Source: an uncultured Pseudobdellovibrionaceae bacterium
GTDB taxonomy: Bacteria; Bdellovibrionota; FAC87; UBA2466
Direction of reading: 5' to 3'
Length of the DNA: 64,000 bases
Assembly: GCA_964519985.1 (NCBI GenBank)
Contig: CAZFMF010000013.1
Location: 7,515 to 71,514 of the forward strand
Shown here: positions 27,490-36,091 of the stretch, piece by piece
Position numbering within the stretch: position 1 is the first letter of the stretch
How the letters are laid out: each line of letters starts with the position of its first letter
Position numbers and translations under genes: made by a program
Notes under the pieces: model-generated
The model's input: the letters and a program-made list of their open reading frames with translations, nothing else
The model's database searches: none
What the model was told of the DNA's origin: nothing

Positions 27490-27784
27490 CCTCCAGCTGA
27501 CCCGCGTCCGTGCCCCGCTGATCGAGTCGATCGTGAAGGGTTTGGGGGGCCAGTGCCGACAAGACCACGTGCCTGGAATCCAAAACGATCAGCGAGCGCG
27601 TTTTTCGCCCGGCGGTCGCATCCAGGAGCAGGTTGGCTTGTTGCGATCGTTCCCGCAGCCGCTTCATGGGCAGCGAGCCTGATTCGAGGATGGCCACAAT
27701 GCGTCTCGGCACGAGAAAGTTGCCGTAACCGACATTGATGCCCCTCGGGCCCTCTCCGACTAATCCATTATCTTTATTCGACAT
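27464..27784 (-). CDS. remA: RemA/DUF370 family protein
   Basis: INVGYGNFLVPRRIVAILESGSLPMKRL...LLDATAGRKTRSLIVLDSRHVVLSALAPQT matches the RemA pattern. Confidence 0.8.
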   Translation of the reverse strand: MSNKDNGLVGEGPRGINVGYGNFLVPRRIVAILESGSLPMKRLRERSQQANLLLDATAGRKTRSLIVLDSRHVVLSALAPQTLHDRLDQRGTDAGQLEVEGGELVS

Positions 27785-28664
27785 TTTGTACCTGTTCCCT
27801 TAGCTTCTCGATGGCCGTTTTGGCCTCCACGGCGAGCCGTGAAATGCTTAGGTCATCCGCCTTCGAGGCAATCGTATTGGCCTCACGGTGAAGCTCCTGG
27901 GTGAGAAAGTCGAGTTTTCGTCCCACCGGCTGGCGGGCGCCCAAGAGCTTCGAAAACTCCTCGACGTGGGCGCTAAATCTTTGAATTTCTTCTGAAATAT
28001 CTGCCCGCTCGGCGTAAAACGCCACTTCGGTCTCGATGCGCTGGGTATCGACGCTCCCATCGAGTTTCCATTGTTCGATACGCTTTTGGAGGCGCTCGCG
28101 AATTCGATCGGGGTGGGCGGTCGCGAGGCCCGTCCATTGGGTTGCCATCCCACTGAGTAAGCCCAGGGTTTGGGCGAGCGTCTTGCGGGTTTGTTCGCCC
28201 TCCCGTTCCCGTTCCTTGATGAGCAGGTCCAGCGCCTCGTTGAATAGCGCACGTAGCTCGGGGCCCAGGGGCGTGCTTTCGGACCCTTCCTCCGTGGCGA
28301 GGAAGACTTTGCCGGTGGCAGCGAGAAACTCCAGCGTCGGCACCGGCGGCGTTTGGAACTTCTGGTGCAGGTACCGGCAAGCCTCAATTAGGCTCGCGGC
28401 CGCTTTTTCATCCACGAAAAAACGAGTGCCGCCTTCCGCGGGCGCGGGTTGGCCGGTGAGCTTCTGGCGTACCGAAATATCGACGGAGCCGCGCTGGAGC
28501 TTTGCGCGTACCTGCTCGCCCAATGCCGACTCGAAATTCTGCCACTGATTGGGTAGGCGAAAGCGGAGGTCGAGATAGCGGTGGTTCACGCTTTTGATTT
28601 CGATACTCACTTGCGTCGAGCCGATGGCTCGCTCGCGGCGCGCAAATCCCGTCATGGATTGCAT
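27774..28664 (-). CDS. yicC: YicC family stress-induced protein
   Basis: MQSMTGFAR...IEIKSVNHRYLDLRFRLP...ELHREANTIASKA is the YicC/TIGR00255 pattern. Confidence 0.85.
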   Translation of the reverse strand: MQSMTGFARRERAIGSTQVSIEIKSVNHRYLDLRFRLPNQWQNFESALGEQVRAKLQRGSVDISVRQKLTGQPAPAEGGTRFFVDEKAAASLIEACRYLHQKFQTPPVPTLEFLAATGKVFLATEEGSESTPLGPELRALFNEALDLLIKEREREGEQTRKTLAQTLGLLSGMATQWTGLATAHPDRIRERLQKRIEQWKLDGSVDTQRIETEVAFYAERADISEEIQRFSAHVEEFSKLLGARQPVGRKLDFLTQELHREANTIASKADDLSISRLAVEAKTAIEKLREQVQNVE

Positions 28665-29618
28665 TTAGGCTCCCATTCCCAAAACGGATTTTAAGTTGGC
28701 AATTTCTAGTTCCACGCGGGGCAGATCGCGGGAATCGATGAATCGAATTTCCGGATCGGATCGCAACCAGGTGATCTGCCGTTTGAGTAGTCTCCGGGTG
28801 TTCTCGGTGATGAGGGTCACTAGCTGCGCTTGCGTCACTTCCTGCTTTAAGTGCTTGCCGGTTTCGGCGTAACCGATACTGCCCAAGGCCTTGGCTTTGG
28901 GGTGTCGGGCGCTGAGCGTTTTGACCCCTTCGACCAGACCATCGCGCAACATGCTTTGCGTCCGTTGGGCGATGTTTTCGGCGAGCACTTTACGCGAAAC
29001 CGCCATCGCGTACTTCACCCAGATCCAATCGGTCCCCATTCCGCCGGCGGCCTTCAAGTCGCTGGGTTTTTTTCCGCCGCGGGCGAGCGCGACGGCCCGA
29101 ATCAGGCGGTAGGAGTCATTGGCGTGGACCGCGGCCGCCGCTTTGGGATCGAGTTTTTCCAGGGCGGCGTGCAGGGCCGCGGAGTCGAGCGCGTCCTCGC
29201 GGGTAAACTCCTCGGTGATGGCGTCGAGATCGGAATCGTCATAACCGCCGGTCGGGTACATCCCATTCTGCAAGGCCCGCAAGTAAAAGTAGCTGCCCCC
29301 GACCAGAATCGGCAGCTTGCCCCGAGCCGCAATCGATTCGATGGCGGTCTGGGCTTCGCGGACAAAATCATGGGCATTAAACGCTTGGTCCGGTTCTAAA
29401 AGGTCGAGCAAGTGGTGGGGGACCCGTTGGCGCTGGTCGGCGGTCGGCTTGCTGGTTCCGATGTCGAATCCCTTGTACACCGTCGTCGAATCCACGCAGA
29501 CGATCTCACCGCCGAGCTTTTCGGCGACGGAAAGCGCGAACGCAGTTTTTCCGGATGCGGTAGGACCCAGGATCGCCAAACAGAGTTTTCTCGCCGCCAT
29601 TGCTTCAGATCCGTTCAA
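28665..29618 (-). CDS. miaA: tRNA dimethylallyltransferase
   Basis: AILGPTASGKTAFAL...VDSTTVYKGFDIGTSKP...VPHHLLD. Abuts the yicC start. Confidence 0.9.
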   Translation of the reverse strand: MNGSEAMAARKLCLAILGPTASGKTAFALSVAEKLGGEIVCVDSTTVYKGFDIGTSKPTADQRQRVPHHLLDLLEPDQAFNAHDFVREAQTAIESIAARGKLPILVGGSYFYLRALQNGMYPTGGYDDSDLDAITEEFTREDALDSAALHAALEKLDPKAAAAVHANDSYRLIRAVALARGGKKPSDLKAAGGMGTDWIWVKYAMAVSRKVLAENIAQRTQSMLRDGLVEGVKTLSARHPKAKALGSIGYAETGKHLKQEVTQAQLVTLITENTRRLLKRQITWLRSDPEIRFIDSRDLPRVELEIANLKSVLGMGA

Positions 29619-31380
29619 AGTGTTTTTCGATTTCTTTGTAACCCAGTCGGAAAACGACCGGCCTTCCGTGTGGGCAGGTCCAGCCTAATTCCAAAGCATC
29701 GATGTTTTCCAAAAGTGATTCCGCTTCAAAATCGGAAAGCGTTTGCCCCGCGCGCACCACGGAATGGCAGGCAATGGTAGCCAGCACGGGGGTGAGCAGG
29801 CGCTGGGTGACTTCGGTATCGGTCTCCATTTGGGAGGCGACCGCGCGCAGCGTTTCCAAAACCATTTTCTCGGCCCGCGCTTCTTCCACGAGTTCCGGAA
29901 TGGCTTTGAGCGCCCAATCCCCGTCGCCGAAGGCTTCAAGCTCGAATCCCAGGGAGAGCAACTTTTCTGCCGTTTCCTCTAGCACTCCCGCGAGTTCGGG
30001 CTCTAGCCGCAAAATTTTTGGAATCAAAAGCCGCTGGGAACCCATTTTCCCTTCGCCATGCTTGCGGCGCAATTCTTCGTAGCGAAATTTCTCGTGCAGC
30101 GCGTGTTGGTCGATCAGCAACAAGCCTTCGGCGTCTTCGCAAAGGAGGTAAGCCGCCCTGATTTGGCCAAGGTACTTCCAGCGCCGTTCGGGCGCGGCGG
30201 TATAGGTCGCGGTCGGGGCCGAGAAAGTCGGGGCGACCGTATTGAAGTCGGGTTGGGTATAGGTCACGGGACGCGGCGGGGGCGGTTCCCAGCGCGGCAG
30301 GGGCGGGGCGGTGACCGACGCGGTCGTGAGTTGGGCGGGGGGTTCCGACACCTGAAAGGCCCGAATCGTGGGCTGTTGGGCAATGGCTTTGCGAATGGCG
30401 GAGATCAACCACCCGTAAAGCGTCTCCTGCTTCAGGCAGCGCACTTCGGTTTTTTGCGGGTGCACGTTCACGTCCACCCAATCCTTACGAATGTCGAGAT
30501 AGACGACGCCGGACGGATCGTGGTGCGGTCCAAGCGATCCCAGGTAGGCCTGGCGGATGGCGGAAAGCAAGCCGCGGTTACGTACCGGACGTCCGTTGAC
30601 GAAGAGCAGAAGTTCGCCCCGATCCTGGGTCACATCGCCGGGGAGCAGGAAGGCATCGAGCGCGAGATCGTCGGCCTGCTCGCGGACGCGCAAAGGTTTC
30701 CAATCCCAGGAAAAGCATTCCGCCACCCGCGATTCGCGCGTGTTGCCGACGTAGGAATTCACCAGGCGGCCCTGATGGTGGAGGGCAAACTCCGCTTGCG
30801 GGTTGCCCACCGCGAGTTCTTTCACCACGCGAGCGCAGTGGGAGAATTCCGTCCCCGCCGAGCGCAAGAATTTCTTTCGGGCGGGGAGTTGGGCGAAAAG
30901 TCCCCGAACACTCACCGTGGTTCCGGTGGCGGCGCCCATCGGTCGCGGTTCGCCCTGGGACAAGCCATAGTGCACACTCAAGCCCAAGGCGTTTGGGAAA
31001 GCCGCCGGCCGGCTTTTGACGTCCACTTCCGCGACGGAGGCGATACTGGCGAGGGCCTCGCCCCGAAAGCCATAGGTCCCGATCGATTCCAGGTCTTCGC
31101 TGGTCGCGAGTTTGCTCGTGGCGTGGCGTTCCAGGCTCAATGCCAGATCTTCGGGATGAATGCCTCTTCCGTCGTCGATGACCGTAATCTCTGTCATCCC
31201 GCCCTCTTTCAAATGAACGGTAATCCGGCGACTTCCGGCATCGAGGCTGTTTTCAATCAATTCCTTCAGGGCGCTCGCGGGCCGCTCGACCACCTCGCCG
31301 GCGGCGATTTGGTTCACGAGGAGGTCGGGGATGCGACTGACTCGGGCAAGTGTGTTTTCTTCGCGGTAGGTTGACGCCAT
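29605..31380 (-). CDS. mutL: DNA mismatch repair protein MutL
   Basis: LVNQIAAGEVVERPASALKELIENSLDAG, GFRGEAL, and C-terminal dimerisation region. ATG 31380 preferred over the upstream TTG at 31416. Confidence 0.9.
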   Translation of the reverse strand: MASTYREENTLARVSRIPDLLVNQIAAGEVVERPASALKELIENSLDAGSRRITVHLKEGGMTEITVIDDGRGIHPEDLALSLERHATSKLATSEDLESIGTYGFRGEALASIASVAEVDVKSRPAAFPNALGLSVHYGLSQGEPRPMGAATGTTVSVRGLFAQLPARKKFLRSAGTEFSHCARVVKELAVGNPQAEFALHHQGRLVNSYVGNTRESRVAECFSWDWKPLRVREQADDLALDAFLLPGDVTQDRGELLLFVNGRPVRNRGLLSAIRQAYLGSLGPHHDPSGVVYLDIRKDWVDVNVHPQKTEVRCLKQETLYGWLISAIRKAIAQQPTIRAFQVSEPPAQLTTASVTAPPLPRWEPPPPRPVTYTQPDFNTVAPTFSAPTATYTAAPERRWKYLGQIRAAYLLCEDAEGLLLIDQHALHEKFRYEELRRKHGEGKMGSQRLLIPKILRLEPELAGVLEETAEKLLSLGFELEAFGDGDWALKAIPELVEEARAEKMVLETLRAVASQMETDTEVTQRLLTPVLATIACHSVVRAGQTLSDFEAESLLENIDALELGWTCPHGRPVVFRLGYKEIEKHFERI

Positions 31381-31554
31381 CGTATCCTGGTTCAAAAAGT
31401 TCTTAACGATAATCAATCCGTCCCGGGCCCGTCAAACTCGGCCCTGCGCGTAAGATCAGAGCCTTGACGTCGTCGCACTCGATCTCGGCTAGCGATTCGT
31501 TTGGTGAGGAGTGATTTTCAAAACGCGTTCAAAGCCGTGCCTTGAGTGTCGTGG

Positions 31555-31673
31555 CTGTCCAAAGTTTCGACAGTCCCTGTCTACGAGTTAGACAGAGGGG
31601 TAAAGGGTTGAAACGTTAGTGATTGCGGCGACGGGAGTGGATCGCTCTTAAACACTGTCCAACTCTTGGACAG
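31555..31673. promoter_or_regulatory. three CTGTC-N9-GACAG palindromes; candidate upstream activator sites for a sigma-54 enhancer-binding protein
   Basis: Sites at 31555-31573 (CTGTCcaaagtttcGACAG), 31577-31595 (CTGTCtacgagttaGACAG) and 31655-31673 (CTGTCcaactcttgGACAG). The first two are 22 bp apart. All lie 80-200 bp upstream of the promoter at 31751, with an AT-rich stretch (about 31695-31735) between. Confidence 0.5.
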
Positions 31674-31750
31674 GAGTGCCGCTCCACGCAAGTCAAGAAT
31701 TTCCTATTAAATAGTCAAAATGATTGAGGTAGTTGGATTGCCTAAATCTT

Positions 31751-31767
31751 TGGCACTGCCCTTGCTC
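31751..31767 (+). promoter_or_regulatory. sigma-54 (-24/-12) promoter, TGGCAC-N5-TTGCTC, with no downstream ORF
   Basis: TCTTTGGCACTGCCCTTGCTCTA. It differs from the 17530 promoter core at only one position. Confidence 0.7.
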
Positions 31768-31776
31768 TAGGGAATC

Positions 31777-32012
31777 CCGCCGCGCGAGGTGAGAGTCGCC
31801 GGCAATGCTGTCCTAACCGAGGGGGCCGCCCATATCAGGGCCTGCCGACCTCGAAACCAGGCTTACAATCAGGGTAAAGCTCGAAATAGAGCGTTTCAAT
31901 GGGGATAAGGGGGCTTGCTGCCACCCTGTCATTGCGACCGAAGGGAAGCAATCTCGCATCGCATAGCGATGCGGGTTTGCTTCGGCCTGCGGCCTCGCAA
32001 TGACGGGGTGGC
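31777..32012 (+). ncRNA. candidate sigma-54-dependent small RNA (about 0.24 kb, ends in a 93-nt hairpin)
   Basis: The ORF track shows no plus-strand ORF of 60 aa or more here. My hand scan found only short ORFs without a properly spaced Shine-Dalgarno sequence. The extent is inferred from the promoter position (start 12 nt after the -12 GC) and the end of the hairpin. I did not recognise tmRNA, RNase P, SRP or 6S features. Confidence 0.35.
31920..32012. other. long imperfect GC-rich hairpin
   Basis: Outer 18-bp stem GCCACCCTGTCATTGCGA / TCGCAATGACGGGGTGGC (one G-T pair), inner GAAGCAA/TTGCTTC, apical CGCATCGC-ATA-GCGATGCG. No U-tract on either strand. It lies just past the stop (32021) of the convergent lipoprotein gene. 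Confidence 0.7.
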
Positions 32013-32020
32013 GGCCGATG

Positions 32021-32566
32021 TTATTCCACGCGCCGTCGTCGTACCGGCACTCCGCCGCCGGAGTGGGAGGACGGGATGCGGGTGAACGCCCGTTTCACTT
32101 CCTTTCCGTCTTCTAAGGCCGGCAAGGCTTCGAAGTCGGATTCCTGGAGATCCTCCGGGGTGCCGTTATTCACGGGTTGGGTGACGGGCGAATTGGCCGC
32201 CACTTGATTGACTGGTCCACTCACAACCAAACCGGGATTTTGGAAATTACCCCTCGCGCCGATCGTCGAGAGTTGCCCGTTGGCATCGCGAAAGGCGCCG
32301 GCCCGCTGAGCCGCTTCCACATCTTCCGGTCGCAAGGGCGAATGCCCAAAGGCATTGGGATTGGTCTGCAAACCGCGATTGAAATTGGCGAGTTCCAGTT
32401 CCCGTTTGAGCTCTTGGTTTTCTTCCAGAAGCTCCTCATCGCGTTCGTTCGCGCCATTGTTGTTATTGTTTTTTTTGTTCCCCGCAATGCGCGGTTTCGG
32501 ACTGGCGCAACTGGCCAGAAAGAATACCGCTACGAATGCAATCAACAACCCGCTGTAACGCTTCAT
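32021..32566 (-). CDS. lipoprotein, unknown function (Asn-run, low complexity)
   Basis: MKRYSGLLIAFVAVFFLASC lipobox and KKNNNNNG run. Confidence 0.65.
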   Translation of the reverse strand: MKRYSGLLIAFVAVFFLASCASPKPRIAGNKKNNNNNGANERDEELLEENQELKRELELANFNRGLQTNPNAFGHSPLRPEDVEAAQRAGAFRDANGQLSTIGARGNFQNPGLVVSGPVNQVAANSPVTQPVNNGTPEDLQESDFEALPALEDGKEVKRAFTRIPSSHSGGGVPVRRRRVE

Positions 32567-32718
32567 CGCCCCACCTGTGCGTAGAAAAACTTCCCCGCAT
32601 CGGTCAATTTCACTTTGCGTGCCAGGGTTACAGGCATGCGTCCTCTGTCAGAGTGCGCCAGCTTTTCGACGCCAAATTACGTCCCTGCGCGTATTCCGGC
32701 AGTTCTCGATAGGGGGGA

Positions 32719-33630
32719 TTAGCGCACGCAGACGCGATTGCGGCCTTGGTTCTTGGCGTCGTAGAGGGCGCGGTCGGCGGCGGCAATCAGTTCATCCGAA
32801 CTCTTGGATGTGGAGTCCAAGGTCGCGACTCCAATGCTGATGGTGACCGGCATCTGCTTTTCTTCAAACGTATAGTTTTGTTTCTCGATCGCGGCGCGAA
32901 TGCGTTCGGCGACATCGACCGCGATTTGCAGTTTCGTTTCGCGTAACAGCAACGCAAATTCTTCACCGCCGTAGCGGCCTAGGGCGTCTTGTTGCCGGAT
33001 CATCTTGTTCATAATCAGGGCGCAGGTTTCTTTCAAAACGTAGTCGCCGGCCGGGTGCCCATAGGTATCGTTGATTTTTTTAAAGTGGTCGATATCGAGC
33101 AGTAGGATCGTTAACGGGAGATTGCGGCTGCTGGAGCGGGCAAATTCTTCCGCAATCATCTCGATGATCGCTTTGCGATTGAGCGCCTGGGTTAGGGCAT
33201 CGCGCGTCGCCAAATCGTACATTTTTTCGTAGTGCAGATTCTCAATTTTGCCTTCCTTGAGAAACTTCAAAATCGTATTGCCGCAGCGAATGAGATCGCC
33301 GTCGACCAGCAGTTGGTTACCGCAACGTTGATCGTTGATAAAGGTCCCGTTCGTACTGCCCAGATCCTTGCACATGATCCCTTCATTGGTGATCGAAAAT
33401 TCGGTGTGGCGTCGCGAAATCGAAGTCTCACCGATGCTGATATCGGCGGTGAGGTCACGGCCCAGGACCATGGAAGGGTTGGTGAGAAAGAAGGATTTCC
33501 CGAGCGGCTTACCCGAGATGACCACCAAGCAGGGCGCCGAGGATTTCGCCTGTTCGAGGCGAATCTTCAGGGTCTGACTCTCTGCGACTTCGGTTTTATC
33601 GGATAAGGACTTTTCGTCTTCGCCGGCCAT
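32719..33630 (-). CDS. FHA domain-containing diguanylate cyclase (FHA-GGDEF)
   Basis: Start trimmed to MAGEDEK (ATG 33630). FHA (VLGRD...ISRRHTEF...DLGSTNGTFIN), GGEEF active site with RQQD I-site 5 residues upstream. Confidence 0.85.
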   Translation of the reverse strand: MAGEDEKSLSDKTEVAESQTLKIRLEQAKSSAPCLVVISGKPLGKSFFLTNPSMVLGRDLTADISIGETSISRRHTEFSITNEGIMCKDLGSTNGTFINDQRCGNQLLVDGDLIRCGNTILKFLKEGKIENLHYEKMYDLATRDALTQALNRKAIIEMIAEEFARSSSRNLPLTILLLDIDHFKKINDTYGHPAGDYVLKETCALIMNKMIRQQDALGRYGGEEFALLLRETKLQIAVDVAERIRAAIEKQNYTFEEKQMPVTISIGVATLDSTSKSSDELIAAADRALYDAKNQGRNRVCVR

Positions 33631-33656
33631 GGATGAATTATAACACCCTTCGATCG

Positions 33657-34931
33657 TTAGCGAAGGGCGGCGTGCAATAGCTTCTTCGACTCCTCTACGC
33701 CGGGCTGATCGAAGGGGTTGACTCCGTAAAGTTCCCCGGCGAACGCGGTGGCCGTTTCGAAAAAGAAGTAGAGTGCCCCCAGCGCCGAAGGCGTGAGCTG
33801 GGGTAGGGTAAAACGGAAAGTCGGCACGCCGGAATTCGTCAGGCTTTTCTGGGTGGCGGCCAGGGCCTGATGGGAAATCTCCTCGAAGCTGTGTTTGCAC
33901 AAGTAGCCGCTGTCGCCAGGAGCAAAGCCGGCCTGCCCGACCGGCGTGGACTCCCCTTCACCCAGTACGTCCATGAAGCCGACGACCTTGTTGCGCGGGC
34001 CGTCTTTAAAGAGTTGCAGCAGGGAGTGCTGGTCGGTGGTGCCGAGCGCAGCTACCGCGGTGGGGCCGGCATTACGGCCACTCATGTTCACTTTTCCCAG
34101 GCTTTCGCCCCAGAGCTGCACATACCACTCCGCAAACTTCGAAAGCGTGCTCCAGTAGGGCATCAGATAGTGAAGCGAGTGCTCGCATTCTTCATCCCAG
34201 AGCTGAAGCGAACGAGCAAAAAGGTAGGCCGGATTTTCCGCCGGGCTCGTGTTTTCCAAGGCGCCGCGCATCTTCTGCGCGCCGCTCACCAATTCCCGAG
34301 TGTTCACGCCTCCGAGGGCCGCGGGCAGCAGGCCGACCGGTGTAAGCACGCTAAAACGTCCCCCGATATTGGGCGGCACTTCCATTGCGCTCCAACCGTT
34401 TTCCTTGGCGAGGCGTCGCAATTCCCCCGCCTGCGGATCGGTAATGACGAGAAAGCCCCGGTGATCGAGATGAGGGCTGAAGTGATAAAACGCCGCGAGG
34501 GTTTCCGTTGTGTTCCCGGATTTGCTGATCACAATTGTCGCGAGCTTTCCGCGTTTCACCGCTTGAGCGGCGGCGCGGATAGCCGGTGGATCAATGTTGC
34601 TCACCCACGTGAGCGGAAAGCCATCACGGCCGAGGGCCTGCACGGCGCTGGCGGCGCCGAGGTAAGAACCACCAATGCCCAGGATCAAAGCCCCGTCGTA
34701 TTCGGCTCGTATCTTTTTTACCGCCGAAGTCAGGCACTCGGGTTCGGACTGCATCAAAGTTTCGGGCAGGTCGTAAAAACCCACCGCGCCGGCACGAAAG
34801 CGGCTGCGCATCGCTTGGTCCGCGGCGACAAGGATTTTTTCATGCAGGTCAGAGACGCGGGGGCCCGCTTTTTGATTCCAGAGCGGGGAGAGGTCTAGAG
34901 AAAAACCGGGGAGCTGAAAAACCGTCTTCAT
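33657..34931 (-). CDS. pgi: glucose-6-phosphate isomerase
   Basis: ILGIGGSYLGA and ISKSGNTTET sugar-isomerase motifs. Confidence 0.9.
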   Translation of the reverse strand: MKTVFQLPGFSLDLSPLWNQKAGPRVSDLHEKILVAADQAMRSRFRAGAVGFYDLPETLMQSEPECLTSAVKKIRAEYDGALILGIGGSYLGAASAVQALGRDGFPLTWVSNIDPPAIRAAAQAVKRGKLATIVISKSGNTTETLAAFYHFSPHLDHRGFLVITDPQAGELRRLAKENGWSAMEVPPNIGGRFSVLTPVGLLPAALGGVNTRELVSGAQKMRGALENTSPAENPAYLFARSLQLWDEECEHSLHYLMPYWSTLSKFAEWYVQLWGESLGKVNMSGRNAGPTAVAALGTTDQHSLLQLFKDGPRNKVVGFMDVLGEGESTPVGQAGFAPGDSGYLCKHSFEEISHQALAATQKSLTNSGVPTFRFTLPQLTPSALGALYFFFETATAFAGELYGVNPFDQPGVEESKKLLHAALR

Positions 34932-36085
34932 GCACTTCCTATGACTTCATCGAGCTTGCGGGTGAGCACCAGTCTTTGGACTTGGTTGGTTCCTTCCACG
35001 ATCTGCAGGGCTTTGCTGTCGCGCAAGAGCCGTTCGACTACGCTCCCCGTTCGCACACCGTCATAGCCCATGAAATGGACCGCGTCATTGCAGACTTGGA
35101 CGGCCAGTTCACTCGCCAGCAGCTTGATGGAGGAGGCAAGCACCGAAATGCTTTCCCCCCGATCGCGACTGCTCGCGGCCAGTGCCATGAGCGCCCGCAG
35201 GGAAACCAAGCGGGCGTAGGATTCGGCCATGCTGTGTTGCGATCCCTCGTAGGAAACGATGGTCGGATCCTGGCTTGAAGTCCGCAAGTGTTTCCAGGCG
35301 ATTTCCAGGGCCTCGGTGGCGGCGGCGATTCCGGCCGCGCCGATGGAAATGCGCCCGGCATCGAGTTGCGAGAGCGCGACTTCAAAGCCTTGTCCTTCCA
35401 ACCCCAGTCGCTGTTCCTCGGGAATGAAGCAATCTTCGAAGATCAACTCGGCCAAGTTCGACGCCCTTAAGCCCAGTTTCTTTTCCTGTTTGCCGACGCG
35501 AAAGCCGGGGGTGGAAGCGGGCACCAAGAACGATGTGATTCCTTTGGACCGGTGTTCCCCCGTACGCCCCATCACGAGGTAGAGATCCGCCGACCCGGCG
35601 CTGCTGCACCAAATCTTATTGCCGTTGACGCGGTAGCCGCCCGCCTCCCTGCGTACGGACAAGCGCAGGGCGGACGCGTCAGAGCCGGCTTGCGGTTCGG
35701 AGAGTGAAAACGCGCCCAGAAACTTTCCGGAGACTAGCGGACGCAAAAAGCGGTCCTTTTGGGCTTCCGTGCCGTACACCGCCAACGCGCCCTGGACCAA
35801 GTTGGTCACGCCGACCGCCACTGAAAGCGCGAGTGAGCCGCGCCCCAGTTCTTCCAGAAAAGCGTAGTAGCAACGGTAGGGTTTTCCCTTGCCCCCGTAC
35901 TTCGGATCATGCGGTAGGGCATGAAAGCCAAGTTCGACGACGGCATCGAAAAGTTCGCGGCGGAACAGACTCTTGGCATCATCGATTTCGGCGGTGGGAC
36001 GAACGACTTGGTCGACGAAGGCCGCGGTCTTTTCTCGGACCTCCAGTTCATCGGCCTGCATTCCCGGCAATGCGCGCAAGAACAT
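34928..36085 (-). CDS. acyl-CoA dehydrogenase
   Basis: ACAD pattern (LSEPQAGSDA, ...IWCSSA, C-terminal QIVEGTNQVQRLV). Confidence 0.9.
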   Translation of the reverse strand: MFLRALPGMQADELEVREKTAAFVDQVVRPTAEIDDAKSLFRRELFDAVVELGFHALPHDPKYGGKGKPYRCYYAFLEELGRGSLALSVAVGVTNLVQGALAVYGTEAQKDRFLRPLVSGKFLGAFSLSEPQAGSDASALRLSVRREAGGYRVNGNKIWCSSAGSADLYLVMGRTGEHRSKGITSFLVPASTPGFRVGKQEKKLGLRASNLAELIFEDCFIPEEQRLGLEGQGFEVALSQLDAGRISIGAAGIAAATEALEIAWKHLRTSSQDPTIVSYEGSQHSMAESYARLVSLRALMALAASSRDRGESISVLASSIKLLASELAVQVCNDAVHFMGYDGVRTGSVVERLLRDSKALQIVEGTNQVQRLVLTRKLDEVIGSA

Positions 36086-36091
36086 CCGACG

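Noticed and set aside
31920-32012. Reading the 93-nt hairpin as a simple bidirectional intrinsic terminator, a retron msr/msd, or a REP element.
   Set aside because: No U-tract on either strand, so it is not a classical terminator. No reverse transcriptase gene nearby, so not a retron. No second copy in the window, so REP status is unsupported. It is kept only as part of the candidate sRNA.
32609-32624. Minus-strand TGGCAC upstream of the lipoprotein gene 32021..32566.
   Set aside because: The -12 position reads GTGA instead of TTGC, so the GC is lacking. Only the -24 half matches.
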